Below are positions 13,874 to 28,969 of a stretch of 64,000 bases of DNA, in pieces. The stretch covers positions 24,787 to 88,786 of the forward strand of contig JAUCBJ010000968.1 of assembly GCA_032718475.1 (NCBI GenBank). The letters are read 5' to 3'. The notes under the pieces are model-generated. The model saw only the letters and a program-made list of their open reading frames with translations. It did not search any database and was not told the origin of the DNA. Numbering within the stretch: the stretch's first letter is position 1; each line of letters begins with the position of its first letter. A program made the position numbers and the translations under genes. The stretch comes from Nemertoderma westbladi. Its lineage: Eukaryota; Animalia; Xenacoelomorpha.

Positions 13874-15039
13874 CTACGCTGTTCACAGAATGAAATCGTG
13901 TCGCGCTGTTAGTTGGTCTCATTGCCAATAAGGTAGACAATGAATGAAGATGATGAAATGAATAGTTTTATCATTCTATAAACTCTTAATTTCGCGTATT
14001 TAATTGGTTTAAATTGTATATTTTTCGATTTACTGATATATTTTCCGCCCTCAAGGAGTTAAATATTGCTGTTTATGTCTTTCTTGTTAGGGAACGTTTA
14101 AAAGGATTGAATTAGAACACGGCTGTAACTAACCAAAACTCTAAGCGAACTAAAATGAATAGAAACAATTAATCAATCAGTAACCATTTCGAATTTTGCG
14201 TGTAATTAAGTAACTTATTAATTACTCTGTAAATTTTAATTATTACCAGTAGAAGTCAGTTGCGGATCTACGGTATATTACTCCCGGGGTAACAACGCCC
14301 CTGAGCGTAGCAATTATTTTCTTCATTAAACAATATGAAATTACTATTTTTACTTTATTAAATAGTTATCAATTACTATTACTTGTAGTAGTATTTGTAA
14401 AGAAATATGAGGAGAAAATACGTGTTTCCATCCATGAAATTCGCACCCTTTGAATCATTTTGTGACCATGCCAGCTACATGCCGCTACATGGGGTTGGGG
14501 TCGCTGGTAGGGTCTACAACTTTGAGGTTACTTTGATACCGGTTTATTTAAAAAAAAACTCACAGAACAGCATGTTTTTTTTATGTACTGTAATAGTATT
14601 ATGTATTAGTAAATGTTTACATTCTTGGTGTAAAGGAGTACACAAAGAGTGTGCTGATATAAGTGGTTATGTGCAATTTGATATAAATTTCAGATTACGT
14701 GAAATATATGCCTGATATTTATAGTTTTAGTTGGTTTTGGGATAGGGAATTCAACGGTATCGTACAGTTTCCAAAAGTATGTGGATCATGAGATTTTAAA
14801 ATCGGTAATTGAATAATATTAAAAGATATTTCCTATACTCTAACAAGCGAAGATACGGTACAAATCGAAAAATAGTTTCAATGAGAAAAATTGTAGTGGG
14901 GGTGCTCGGATCGTCACGAAAAAATCATTTCATACTGTACGTACATATGGGCCTCCATCGAAATAGTAGGCCTACATGTGGCACCATATTTTAACCAAAT
15001 CAAGTAACTAAAGTCAACAGAACTGCGGAGCAGTTTGAT

Positions 15040-15136
15040 TTTTTAGTGTAATCAGCTGTTATTTGCGTTGATTTTCCACTCTAGAGAGGGATGAATTTTG
15101 ATTGCGTCGATATCCCCCCCCCCCCCCCCCCCCCCC
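15040..15136. repeat. Dispersed repeat fragment shared with ~34718-34804
   Basis: GTAATCAGCTGTTATTTGCGT...ATTGCGTCGA..poly(C) occurs at both places. Confidence 0.6.
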
Positions 15137-15721
15137 ATCTGGTGAATTATATGTTTTGAATTGATTTAGTAAATTAATTATTGCAGTACGTTGGTGAGGT
15201 TTACGATTTGGATATTTTTTACTGAAGTTAAAAGACAGAAGGACCAGTATACATTTTATGAGCCCCTCTAAGAATAAAGTGATGACATCATCAACACTCG
15301 TATACATAGTCTACAGGTCGATACCAAAGTGTGTGTCACCTGTGTCATCTTTAACTAAACTTACAATTAACTTAAGTTTGTCCTTTTATGGAAATCCTGC
15401 GCCTGCTCAACTCCATCAGTTGTTGGAAGTTATCAATGAAGTCGCTGATTCTGGGACTTTTGATGATCTAGAGGAGGATAGTTGGTGCTACCGGACTAAC
15501 GTAGGTGATGATTAATCGCTATATGTTTCAGAATCAATAGCAGACTACTCGGTGTGGAGATGTTGCAAGGAGCTGCAGTATTTCAGAGTTTCAATTGAAG
15601 ATTCATGGCTGTATCTTGTAAAACGTGATGTGACGAAATCAGTGAGAGTAGACAAACAATATATATACCAGAACCAGCTGTTTGCATGAACATAACAAAT
15701 TGCAAATACATACAATATCTA

Positions 15722-16020
15722 AGAAGTAAAGTAAAGTGAAGTTTTCTTCTTCCATTAGGCCATAGATTGTGAGAAATCCTTACGACTTATTTCCACTGCG
15801 ATCCCCCCAGAACTATACTACCCAAAGGATTCTGGTACCCATATAGCTGCTACTATTTAATGATGCAAGGCAGAGAGACGTCCTGTATACGTATAGTCCC
15901 TTTAAAGCATTCGTGCTGAAACGAAAACTACCCTAGCCACCATGCTGGGATCGAACCCTTGACCGCCGGAGAGAAGTTCGGATTTAAGGCAATGGATTTA
16001 ACCACTACGTTAAGGTGGGA
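15722..16020 (-). mobile_element. tRNA-derived SINE
   Basis: Minus strand has an A-box (CGTAGTGGTTAA), a B-box (GGTTCGATCCC) and a (CTTTA)n-like tail at ~15722-15741. A similar tail occurs at ~63725-63773. Confidence 0.7.
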
Positions 16021-16794
16021 CTTAAACCATGTATCTAGCAACTTTCTAGTCTATCTAGTGTTAAGATATCTAGTTAGTGCAGAGTTCATCCAATCAATAG
16101 TATTGAAGTAAAGTTTGTCTGTACTAAATTAAAATCCCCTTATTATTTACATCGTTGCTCTAGGAAATTCAATTTTGATAATTTCGATGCAGCTACATTT
16201 ATTATGTAGATTCAACATAATCTAAGATAGCTTTGAAATGCTCAAACGTAAAAAAAGGAATGAAAAATTATTCTATATTTACTGCGCGATTTTTAATGGA
16301 TTATGATGTGGTGCGCAACGAGCCAATTTCACGTGCGCGGTGATCTCGAAACACCAAAGCGTACCGCCGCGTTCATGCATGAATTCCAACCCGGGCGCCC
16401 CCTTATAATAATCCAAAGTATACGCTATACCAGTTATACTATGGATCTAATCTGAGACAACATTATGTGTGTGTATATTAATCGATGTGTGCACATCATT
16501 GTAGTCCCAAATCCATTTGTGAACACCCACGTTTTTCAATTCAAATGTGAACTATTAAAATAAGTGTGTACACAAAAAATTTACGACGACGACGACAGAC
16601 AACTCGCCAATGGCACCCATATGCTAAGGCTTCGTTCACTTCGTGGCTCGCCCCACAGAAGAAGCCTACCGACCACCTGCCGGAACAGAAATAATATAAT
16701 TTTGGATTTACTTTCAATATCAGTACCGGTAACGGTAGGCCTCCATTATTACAGTATTAATGGATATGCACAATGTTGTACACACCCCGAATTA

Positions 16795-17034
16795 TGGTAC
16801 TCTTAAGAGTGTTCGTTCTTATTTTAAGTGTGCATGTTCTTATTTTAAGAGACCATGTTCTTATTTTAAGAGCACTTTTAGAGTGATTGTTCTTACTTTA
16901 AATGTCCGCGTGTTCTTATTTGAAGCGCCAATATTCTTTTTTAAGTGTTCGTGTTCTTATTTTAAATGCTCATGTTCTTTCTTTAAGCAGTTAAGTGTCC
17001 GTGATCTTATTTTAAGAGTCCGTGTTCTGATTTA
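16795..17034. repeat. Degenerate ~21-bp tandem repeat (GTGTTCTTATTTTAAG...)
   Basis: TGTTCTTATTTTAAG recurs about 10 times. Confidence 0.8.
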
Positions 17035-17153
17035 ACTTGTGTAGGGGTAGGCCTACACATTATTTTAATTTGAATTGGAGGGTCCACTCAGCCTTTCATC
17101 CATTGGGGTCGATAAAATGAGTACCAGTAAATTACTGGGAGCAAAAACAAGGG

Positions 17154-17258
17154 ATATGAGTAGCGCCCATCCTTACCGTCGGGTAGCAGATATGAGTTGC
17201 GCCCACCCCTACCCTCGGGTAGCAGATAGGAGTAGCGCCCACCCCTACCCTCGGTAGC
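17154..17258. repeat. 36-bp tandem repeat x3 abutting the LINE tail
   Basis: ATATGAGTAGCGCCCA(T/C)CC(T/C)TACC(G/C)TCGGGTAGCAG three times. Confidence 0.8.
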
Positions 17259-19020
17259 ACTACTACTACTAGTATCGGCATGCTGCATTGCAGCTGCATT
17301 TTTAAGAATGCTGTGCCGGCTTGTCGACAAAATTGCACCGCCACAACTCCCTATCACCCATGACATTTGCTAGTTCATCCGCATCTTCAAGACCAGTGTC
17401 CTTTAAGATGCGTCTCAAGAAATTAATGGGCTGTCCACCATGCTTATTCACTCCATGAGGCTGCTAAAGTACAAGATTATGCACTGGCTGGTCCTCACGG
17501 CGAAAGCAATGTCCTGCAAAGCGGAGGCGATTTTGTTCTAGTGTCAAGCTTGGGGGAACCAATGAGACACCTCCAATGTTATATAGTGTCTGGTTGGAGA
17601 TGTGTGCATTGTACTTGACACAATGAACCCGGCGTAGCATTCTTGTGAATGTGCCATCCAGAGATTTGGTGTCCTCAGCAGTTAGAGCCCAGCATGGACT
17701 CCCATAGAGGAGTACTGGAACCACTGCTGCTCTAAATAATCGGACCTTAAGTTTCCGATTAAATCTCGGTGACTTCCAAATCCTGGAAAGCCTATTCAAG
17801 GCTGCCCATGCCTTTCCCTTACGTATTCGAAGGTCCTCATCTGACTTCCGGATCCACGATCCCAGGTAACAGAAGTCGTCCACATGCTCAAGCATACCAT
17901 CCTTTGAGCTTATGCTCATCTGATCAGAGACTTGCTGAGAACTTTCAAAGTTAACTGTCAAAATTTTGGCCTTTCTGGAGTTAATAAAAAGACCAACACT
18001 AGAAGCAGCATGTTCTAATGAGCTGAGGAGCCGTTGGGCTCCCTCTAGTGATTCTGAGAGTACTCCTAAGTCACCAGCAAAGTCTAGATCGGTTAGGTAC
18101 TTGGCAGGATTTCCTCGACTTCTGGAGCCAGTGGGTGGAGTTATCATCACCCCATCATCATTATGATGATCTAAGGACATGCGTAGAACATAGTCAACCA
18201 CAATTATGAACAAGAATGGTGCAAGTGTGTCTCCCTGGAGGACGCCCAATAACACTTAAAATGGTTCTGTGTCACCATCAACAGTAGACACAAATGTTGT
18301 CGAACCATCGTATACTGATCTGATTGCTGCAATAATTTCATCAGAAATCCCATATAATGAAAGTATGCTGAACATACGTGAGCGGGAGACTGAATCAAAG
18401 ACCTTGAAGAAGTCAACAAAGATAACAGCCAGATGCCTGTCTTTAGTTTTTGATAACTCTTCAATTATCCTTCTAAGTGCCAAAATGGGTTCCATGGTCC
18501 CACGACCTTTACGGAACCCATTCTGATTTCCACGGAGCAGTCTCTCAATGGGATCCCTGATGCGATTTAATATAATTCTATTGTATAGCTTTGCAGCAAT
18601 CGAGATCAATGAGATTCCCCGAAAAGAACCATAGTGTTAGGTTGCCCTTCTTGGGAACTGGCACCAACTTATTTGTTTTCATTTCTTGTGGGACTCTTGT
18701 TGTTCGGTACATGTCTACTATGATGGGATAGATGAGCTTTAAACACTCAGGTATTTTAAAGACCTCAGGGGGAACACCATCTACTCCACTGGCACGATTG
18801 GTCTTAATGCTCTTTGCAGCAGCCTTCACTTCTGCAAAGGAGATATCGCCAATGGGAATATCTGGGAGTACAGACTCAGACACTTTTACTTCTATAAAGT
18901 TATCAGGCAATACCCTGTCATTATTGAGGAGCTTTTCAAAGTGGGCCTTCCAACCATTGAGTCGATCGGCTGGTGATTCAGCCTTAACCTTGGTGGTTGC
19001 TCGGGTAGCAGCTATCGAAA
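17259..19020 (-). mobile_element. 5'-truncated RTE-like LINE, reverse transcriptase pseudogene
   Basis: Three frameshifted ORFs (18578-19114, 18256-18609, 17464-18255) carry the RT motifs PVPKKGNL, AAKLYN, QNGFR, FVDFFKVFDSV, GVLQGDTLAPFLF, DLDFAGD (catalytic ADD mutated) and FCYLGS. (TAG)n tail at ~17259-17272. Confidence 0.93.
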
Positions 19021-19981
19021 GAGGAGCCTTCGGGTCGCCTCGGCCGACGGTTTGCTTTGCTTGCAAAACGTGGGTGTTAACAAATAGATTTGGGACGACT
19101 ATGAAGATGTTCACAAATCAATTAATAATATATTATTTATTATTTATTTATTTAAATTCGGACTTGCCGACAATAAAAGTTTAAAAATATGGCGCAAACA
19201 CAAATGACAGATATCGACACAGAAAGTATATCTACACAGATTATCTACACAGAAAGTAGCCCATTAAATAAAATGTGCACAGCACAGCACTATAGTAAAA
19301 ATTTATATAAATTAAAATGCACCATAATATGATCTATTCTGCAATGTTAAAGTATCAAAGTATCTTAGGATCAAGTTGTGTTTTTGGTGAAAACTGAGGC
19401 AGTTAGTATACCGGTACGGGTACACACACCTAATTTTGGGGTATAACTTTTCGCCGTATCCGTATCCGTATGCATTTGCCATATCCGTATGTACCGTAAT
19501 GGATTCCTATGGAGAATAATCCGTATGTGATTTTAGAGATTAGGCATTGCGGACCAGTAAGAAGTGCACATCACACATGCAGACTGAAGACAGGTAGGCC
19601 TACTTAAAGCTAAGTGATGTAAAGAGTATGGCTGCCGCTACCTTTTGTCAAATAAACAATGCAGGACAGGTCCAGGATGAGTGACAGCCGGTGTCCGCCA
19701 GCCCCGGGATGAGCCAGCAGTGCAGTACCTATTAACCATAACTCTTCTTGACGCCGCTTGGAAATCTAACCGTGATTAACGGAACCGTGATTTATTTTTG
19801 AACTGTTTTTCCACCAACCTGGGCTATAGAATGTTGTTGGTTGCTACAGTACTGCAGTATATGGCACTAACATAGTATAGACTGATAGAAGCAGCAATGA
19901 GAATGCTAAGGGAATAAATATTCGCACAGATATTGAAAACCGTCGTGTCAGTCTGTCCTTCTTTGTGAATTTATTAACATA

Positions 19982-22189
19982 CTAGAAAGCCTGTGGCCCT
20001 TCGGGCCACAGCTTTCTAGTGCACGTGCAGATGATATATGAATATGTGTGGGAGATTGGAGAACTGCATACGGAACAGACACCATCATTAAATAAAACAC
20101 CACCCCCATAAGAGATAACTGTCAAGTTTCAACTTTAGTCAGATTGTAAATAACAAAATTGGTGTAGATGTTCACATTCAGACTTCTACAGTAGCGGTAG
20201 ACTGAAGAACTGTAGACGACTCTGGGACTCAGTAAAGATACAGAATATGCTGTAGTAGATTCCTGCCAAGTTTCAGCTCAAAGGGATTAAAAAGAACCAA
20301 TTGGGATGAGGTGTTCACTATCAGACAATTCGCCCTCTAGCGGCAGATAGGGGAACTGTATACAACTCTGCGACTCCGTAAAGGTAGAGCCTATGCTGTA
20401 GTAGATGCCTACCAAGTTTCAGTCTAAACCGTTTGTAAATAACAAAGTTGGAGAAGATGTTAACTTTCAGACATTTCACCCTCTAGCGGTAGACTGGGGA
20501 AGTGTATAGGACTCTGCAACTCCGTAAAGATAGAGCCTAGGACGTAGTAGATACCTGCCAAGTTTCAGCTCAAAAGGATTAAAAAGAACCAAATGGGATG
20601 AGGTTTTCACTATCAGACAATTCGCCCTCTTGCGGCTGACTGTGGAACTGTAGACGACTCTACTACTCCGCAAATATATAGCCTATGCTATAGTAGATGC
20701 CTACCAAGTTTCAGTCTAAAAGGATTGTAAATAACAAAGTTGGAGAAGATGTTAACTTGCAGACATTTCGCCCTCTAGCGGTAGACTGGGAAATTGTAGA
20801 CGACTCTGCGACTCAGTAAAGATACAGCCTATGCTGTAGTAGATGCCTACCAAGTTTCAGTCAAAACTGATTGTAAATAATAAAGTTGGAGAAGATGTTA
20901 ACTCTCAGACATTTAGCCCTCTAACGGTAGACTGGGGAACTGTAGACAAATCAGTGACTCCGGAAATATACAGCCTATGCTGCAGTATATAGCTACCAAG
21001 TTTCAGCTCAAAAGCATTAAAAATAACAAAGTTGGAGAAGATGTTAACTTGCAGACATTTCGCCCTCTAGCGGTAGACTGGGAAATTGTAGACGACTCTG
21101 CGACTCAGTAAAGATTCAGCCTATGCTGTAGTAGATGCCTACCAAGTTTCAGTCAAAACGGATTGTAAATAATAAAGTTGGAGAAGATGTTAACTCTCAG
21201 ACATTTAGCCCTCTAACGGTAGACTGGGGAACTGTAGACAACCCAGTGACTCCGGAAATATACAGCCTAAGCTGCAGTATATAGCTACCACGTTTCAGCT
21301 CAAAAGCATTAAAAACAACCCTATAAGATCAGGTTTTCACTATCGGATAATTCGCCCTCTAGCGGCAGACGGTGGAACTTCAGACGGCTCTGAGTATTAC
21401 GTTGCAACGAGTTAGGGCGAGACCTATCTAACGAGCTATAGTAAGCGAGATTTCATCGAGATTAGATGTATAATATTAGATAAAATAATAATATAGTAAG
21501 TATAGGCCTACAGAAATAATTATTTTACTTTTAATATTCATAACAGTAAAACAAAAATGTTATAAACCTCTCCTTCCATGCAGCCAATGATTGAGAAAGC
21601 AGAATTACTCTGAGCAATTCGCAACAGACAACCCAAACCCACCCCAATCAACACTCCAGCCTGCTTGCTCCTTATCTGTGCCCAGCCAGCTAGCTGCGAG
21701 TTCAATAATTACCTTAACGTTGCTATGATACAGAAAACAATCCTTCCCTATTAAATAACTATAGGCCCATTCGATCGTGCTTGGCGAATATGACATATTT
21801 ATACACTATTTGATTTTTAATCAATAAATAATCATACATATTTATATTAAACACTCGAATAAAATAAAAACTTTGTGAGAATGGGACACGGCGAATCTAC
21901 CCATGTTAATTTTATACCAGGTGGGATAAATGTTAGCCCTCTAAATCATTAATTACCGATAGAAGAACCGAAATAATTCGATAAATTTCGCCCGAAAATC
22001 ACGAAAATCGCCCTCTAGCGGCAGACGGGCGAACTTCAGACGGCTCTGAGTATTACGTTGCAACGAGTTAGGGCGAGACCTTTCTAACGAGCTATAGCAA
22101 GCGAGATTTCATCGATATGGGTTCGATTGTATAGCCGATGACAAACACACAGACAGACAGACAGACAATCGAGATTTATATATATTAGA
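19982..22189 (-). mobile_element. Non-autonomous Helitron, type A copy 1
   Basis: Minus strand starts TCTAATATATATAAATC then (TGTC)n and ends with a GC-rich hairpin followed by CTAG|T; internal 146-bp repeats. Confidence 0.85.
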
Positions 22190-24579
22190 CTAGAAAGCCA
22201 GTGGCCCTTCGGGCCACGGCTTTCTAGTTCACAAGCCTATTCACCATTCCAAACATTAATTAATTAATTAACTTAACAAAACTTCATATGATTGAGAATG
22301 TTCTCTCAAACAAAAGACTGATGCTGTTTTACTTTTTCAGATATCTACACTGGTCAACATCCTTCACATAGATGCAGCCTTATGATGTAGTACTGTAGAC
22401 CTCTGACAATTATAAGCGTAAAAGCATTTTTAATAAATAAATGTGAGAATGTTTTTACTTTTCAGATTCAGATATTTCGCACCCTAGCAGTAGACTGGAA
22501 ATCCGGAGACTGGTTAGCGTCCTCCCCATACAAACAGCCTATGGTCAAGCATACCTTTCCCAAGTATAAGCAAAAAAGCATTAGAAACAACGAAATGGGA
22601 GAAGGATTTCACTTGAGACATTTCACCCTCTAGCGGCAGACTGAGAAATTGCAGATTGGTCACAGTTTTCCACGAACACGCAGTCTATGGTGTAGTAGAC
22701 CTCTGACAATTATCAGCCTAAAAGCATTAGAAACAACGAAACGGGATAAGGTTTTCACTTTCAGACATTTCGGCCCCTAGCGGCCGAATGGAGAACTGCA
22801 GTTTGTTCGGCGTCTTACCTAGACACACACCCTATGGTGTATTACACATCTGGCAAGTGTCAGCCTGAAAGCATATTAATAACGAAATGGGATAAGGTTT
22901 TCACTTTCAGACATTTGGCCCCCTAGCGGTAGACTGGATAAATGCAGACTGGTTCTAACTCCTCCCCAAACACACAGTCTATGGTGTAGTAGACCTCTGT
23001 CGAGTATCAGCAAAAAAGCATTATAAACAATGAAATGCATAAAGGTTTTCACTTTCAGACATTTCACCCTCTAGCGGCAGACTGAGAAATTGCAGATTGG
23101 TCACAGTTTTCCACGAACACGCAGTCTATGGTGTAGTAGACCTCTGACAATTATCAGCCTAAAAGCATTAGAAACAACGAAACGGGATAAGGTTTTCACT
23201 TTCAGACATTTCGGCCCCTAGCGGCCGAATGGAGAACTGCAGTTTGTTCGGCGTCTTACCTAGACACACACCCTATGGTGTATTACACATCTGGCAAGTG
23301 TCAGCCTGAAAGCATATTAATAACGAAATGGGATAAGGTTTTCACTTTCAGACATTTGGCCCCCTAGCGGTAGACTGGATAAATGCAGACTGGTTCTAAC
23401 TCCTCCCCAAACACACAGTCTATGGTGTAGTAGACCTCTGTCGAGTATCAGCAAAAAAGCATTATAAACAATGAAATGCATAAAGGTTTTCACTTTCAGA
23501 CATTGCGCCCCCTAGCGGAAGACAGAGCTATTGCAAATTGGTCTTAGTTCTCCACAAACACGCAGTCTTTGATGTAGTAGACCTCTGACAAGTATCAGCC
23601 TAAAAACATTAGAAACAACGAAACGGGATAAGGTTTTCACGTTCAGACATTTCGCCCCCTAGCGGCCAAATGGAGAACTGCAGTTTGTTCGGCGTCTTAC
23701 CTAGACACACACCCTATGGTGTAATACAAATCTGCCAAGTGTCAGCCTAAAAGCATTATTAATAACGAAATGGGATAAGGTTTTCACTTTCAGACATTTG
23801 GCCCCCTAGCGGTAGACTGGAGAAATGCAGACTGGTTCTAGCTCCTCCCCAAACACGCAGTCTTGGTGTAGTAGACCTCTGCCAAGTATCAGCAAAAATG
23901 CAGTATAAACAACGAAATGGGTGAAGGTTTTCACTTTCAGACATTGCGCCCCCTACCGGCAGACAGATGAATTTCAGATTATTCAGAGTTCTCTACAAAC
24001 ACGCAGTCTATGGTGTAGTCGACTTCTGCCAAGTATCAGCAAAAAAGCATTATAAACAACGAAATGGGATAAGGTTTTCACTTTCAGATATTGCTCCCCC
24101 TAGCGGCAGACTGGGGAATTGCAGATTGGTCAGCATCCTCCGAAAACACACAGCCTATGGTGTAGTAGACCTCTGCCACGTATCAGCTAAAAGGCATTAA
24201 TAATAACGAAATGGGAGAAGGTTTTCAGTTTCTGACATTTCGCCCCCTTCCCCTAGCGGCAGACTGGAGAACTGCAGATTGATCAGTGTCTTCCCAAACA
24301 CACAGTCTATGGTCAGGAACGTATCTGCAAAGTATCATTTAGAACAGATTGAGTCTGATGGTGCAACCGCTGTTATAGAGTTTCCTACAGAATGAACTGC
24401 TAGGCCTACTGCGCTACCGGTACCAAATTCACGAAATCTGCATTCACGCAAACAAACGCGTAAAATAAGACTCGAGATAGCGACAGTGCACGTGCTCGTG
24501 ACGAGAGCTTTCGTTCGATGTATCGCGAGCTCAGATTGGTGCTTGTGTGTAGAAACGTATAGCTTGGACAGACAAACAA

Positions 24580-24610
<31 letters not shown>

Positions 24611-24631
24611 CATGATATTTATATATATAGA
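22190..24631 (-). mobile_element. Non-autonomous Helitron, type B copy 1
   Basis: 5' TCTATATATATAAATATC plus (TGTC)n; 3' GCCGTGGCCCGAAGGGCCAC hairpin then CTAG; internal ~147-bp repeats with a 441-bp three-unit duplication. Confidence 0.85.
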
Positions 24632-26776
24632 CTAGAAAGCCCGTGGCCCTTCGGGCCACGGCTTTCTAGTTCACAAGCCTATTCACCATTCCAAACATTA
24701 GATTAATTAAGAATGGGAGAAGGATTTCACTTTCAGACAATTCGTCCCCTAGTGGCGGACTGGAGAACTTCAGACTGGTCAACGTCCTTCCCAAAGACGC
24801 AGCTTATGATGTAGTACAGTAGAACTCTGCCAAGTATCAGCCTAAAAGCATTTTTAATAAATAAATGTGAGAATGTTTTGACTTTTCAGACATTTCGCAC
24901 CCTAGCAGTATACTGGAGAACTGCAGACTGGTTAGCATCCGCCCCAAACACACAGCCTATGGTGTAGTACCTTTCCCAAGTATAAGAAAAAAAGCATTAG
25001 AAACAACGAAATGGGAGAAGGTTTTCATGTCAGACATTTCACCCTCTAGCGGCAGACTGAGAAATTGCAGATTGGTCAGAGTTATCCGCAAACACGCAGT
25101 CTATGGTGTAGTAGACCTCTGCCAAGCATCAGCCTAAAAGCATTATAATCATCGAAATGGGAGAGGGTTTTCACTTTCAGACATTTCGCCCCCTAGCAGC
25201 CGAATGCAAAACTGCAGTTTGTTCGGCGTCCTCCCCAGATACACACCCTATGGTGTAATACACATCTGCCAAGTGTCAGCCTGAAAGCATATTAATAACG
25301 AAATGGGATGAGGTTTTCACTTTCAAGACATTTGGCCCCCTATCGGTAGACTGGATAAATGCAGACTGGTTCTAGCTCCTCCCCAAACACACAGCCTATG
25401 GTGTAGTAGACCACTGCCAAGTATGCCTTATAAACAATGAAATGCATAAAGGTTTTCATTTTCAGACATTGCGCCCCCTAGCGGCAGACAGAGCTATTGC
25501 AGATTGGTCAGCGTTCTCCATAAACACACAGTCTTTGATGAAGTAGACCTCTGACAAGTATCAGCCTAAAAACATTATAAACATCAAATGGGATAAGGTT
25601 TTCACATTCAGATATTCTCCCCCTAGCGGCCGAATAGATAACTGCAGGTTGTTCGTCGTCCTCTCCAGACACACACCCTATTGTGTAATACACATCTGCC
25701 AAGCGTCAGCCTAAAAGCATTAAAAACAACGAAATGGGTGAAGGTTTTCACTTTCAGACATTGCGCCCCCTACCGGCAGGTAGAGGAATTGCAGATTATT
25801 CAGAGTTCTCTACAAACACGCAGTCTATGGTGTAGTAGACTTCTGCCAAGTACCAGCAAAAAAGCATTATAAATAACGAAATGGGTGAAGGTTTTCACTT
25901 TCAGACATTGCGCCCCCTAGCGGCAGACAGAGGAATTGCAGATTGGCCAGAGTTCTCCACAAACACGCAGTCTATGGTGTAGTAAACTTCTGCCAAGTAA
26001 CAGCAAAAAAACATTATAAATAACGACATGGGATAAGGTTTTCACTTTCGGATATCTCTCCCCCTAGTGGCGGACTGGGGAATTGCAGATTGGTCAGCAT
26101 CCTCCGCAAACATACAGCCTATGGTGTAGTATACCTCTGCCACGTATCAATTAAAAGGCCTTAATAATAACGAAATGGGAAAAGGTTTTCAGTTTCGGAC
26201 ATTTCGCCCCCTAGCGGCAGACAGGAGATCTGCAGATTGATCAGTGTCCTCCCAAACATGCAGTCTATGGTCAGAAACATATCTGCAAAGTATCATTTAT
26301 AACAGATTGAGACTGATGGTGTAACCGCTGTTATAGAGTTTCCCGCTGGTTGATCAGTGATTTGGCCGAAAATGGTTACAGTATGGTATAGCCCAATTTG
26401 ACCACAATAATACGCATTCACGCATAAATGATACATAAAATTAGCCTCGATATAACGACGTTTCGCGTCCATGTGCTCGGGGCAGTCTGCATCACGTAGA
26501 TGCGCATCAAAAAATAGCATAATAGTCGAGACCCAACATGTAGAGTGACAGAATGAACTGCTAGGCCTAACGCGCTACCGGTACCAAATTCACGAAATCT
26601 GCATTCACGCAAACAAATGCGTAAAATAAGACTCGAGATAGCGACAGTGCACGTGCTTGTGACGAGAGCTTTCGTTCGATGTATCGCGAGCTCCGATTGG
26701 TGCTTGTGTGTAGAAACGTATAGCTTGGACAGACAAACAAACAGACAGACAGACACATGATATTTATATATATAGA
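24632..26776 (-). mobile_element. Non-autonomous Helitron, type B copy 2
   Basis: Same termini and internal repeats as copy 1. Confidence 0.85.
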
Positions 26777-28969
26777 CTAGAAAGCCTGTGGCCCTTCGGG
26801 CCACAGCTTTCTAGTGCACGTGCAGATGATATATGAATATGTGTGGGAGATTGGAGAACTGCATACGGAACAGACACCATCATTAAATAAAACACCACCC
26901 CCATAAGAGATAACTGTCAAGTTTCAACTTTAGTCAGATTGTAAATAACAAAATTTCCAGAAAATGATCACTTTCAGATCCACCCTCTACCTGCGGACTG
27001 GTGAAATGCAGACGGCGCTGCAGTTTGGTAAAGGTGGGGTTTATGGTGAAGTAAAATGCCTGCCTTTCAAGTTTCAGCTTAAACAGATTGTAAATAACAA
27101 AATTGGTGTAGATGTTCACATTCAGACTTCTAGCGGTAGACTGAAGAACTGTAGACGACTCTGGGACTCCGTAAAGATACAGAATATGCTGCAGTAGATT
27201 CCTGCCAAGTTTCAGCTCAAAGGGATTAAAGAGAACCAATTGGGATGAGGTGTTCACTATCAGACAATTCGCCCTCTAGCGGCAGATAGGGGAACTGTAT
27301 ACAACTCTGCGACTCCGTAAAGGTAGAGCCTATGCTGTAGTAGATGCCTACCAAGTTTCAGTCTAAACCGTTTGTAAATAACAAAGTTGGAGAAGATGTT
27401 AATTTTCAGACATTTCACCCTCTAGCGGTAGACTGGGGAAGTGTATAGGACTCTGCAACTCCGTAAAGATAGAGCCTAGGATGTAGTAGATACCTGCCAA
27501 GTTTCAGCTCAAAAGGATTAAAAAGAACCAAATGGGATGAGGTTTTCACTATCAGACAATTCGCCCTCTTGCGTCTGACTGTGGAACTGTAGACGACTCT
27601 ACTACTCCGCAAAGATATAGCCTATGCTATAGTAGATGCCTACCAAGTTTCAGTCTAAAAGGATTGTAAATAACAAAGTTGGAGAAGATGTTAACTTTCA
27701 TACATTTCGCCCTCTAGCGGCAGACGCGGGTACTGTAGACAACTCTGCGCGACTCAGTAAAGATATAGCCTATGCTGTAGTAGATGCCTACCAAGTTCAG
27801 TCTAAATGGATTATAAATAACAAAGTTGGAGAAGATGTTAACTTGCAAACATTTCGCCCTCTAGCGGTAGACTGGGAAATTGTAGACGACTTTGCGACTC
27901 AGTAAAGATTCAGCCTATGCTGTAGTAGATGCCTACCAAGTTTCAGTCAAAACGGATTGTAAATAATAAAGTTGGAGAAGATGTTATCTCTCAGACATTT
28001 AGCACTCTAACGGTAGACTGGGGAACTGTAGACCACCCAGTGACTCCGGAAATATACAGCCTATGCTGCAGTATATAGCTACCAAGTTTCAGCTCAAAAG
28101 CATTAAAAACAACCCAATAAGATCAGGTTTTCACTATCGGATAATTCGCCCTCTAGCGGCAGACGGGGGAACTTCAGACGGCTCTGAGTATTACGTTGCA
28201 ACGAGTTAGGGCGAGACCTATCTAACGAGCTATAGTAAGCGAGATTTCATCGAGATTAGATGTATAATATTAGATAACATAATAATACAGTAAGTATAGG
28301 CCTATAGAAATAATTATTTTTACTTTTAATATTCATAACAGTAAAACAAAAATGTTATAAACCTCTCCTTCCATGCAGCCAATGATTGAGAAAGCAGAAT
28401 TACTACAACCCAAACCCACCCCAATCAACACTCCAGCCTGCTTGCTCCTTATCTGTGCCCAGCCAGCTAGCTGCGAGTTCAATAATTACCTTAAGGTTGC
28501 TACAGAAAACAATCCTTCCCTATTCAATAACAATAGGCCAATTCGATCGTGCTTGGCGAATATGACATATTTATACACTATTTGTTTTTTAATCAATAAA
28601 TAATCATACATATTTATATTAAACACTCGAATAAAATAAATACTTTGTGAGAATGGGACACGGCGAATCTACCCATGTTAATTTTATACCAGGTGGGATA
28701 AATGTTAGCCCTCTAAATCATTAATTACCGATAGAAGAACCGAAATAATTCGATAAATTTCGCCCGAAAATCACGAAAATCGCCCTCTAGCGGCAGACGG
28801 GCGAACTTCAGACGACTCTGAGTATTACGTTGCAACGAGTTAGGGCGAGACCTTTCTAACGAGCTATAGCAAGCGAGATTTCATCGAGATGGGTTCGATT
28901 GTATAGCCGATGACAAACACACAGACAGACTGACTGACTGACAGACAATCGATATTTATATATATTAGA
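26777..28969 (-). mobile_element. Non-autonomous Helitron, type A copy 2
   Basis: Closely similar to 19982-22189, with the same termini. Confidence 0.85.

Noticed and set aside
15940-16015. tRNA gene
   Set aside because: A and B boxes are present but no clean cloverleaf; it continues into a body and simple-repeat tail, so it is a SINE.
17464-19114. Active or domesticated reverse transcriptase
   Set aside because: Frameshifts, a stop codon, catalytic motif altered to FAGD and no endonuclease domain.
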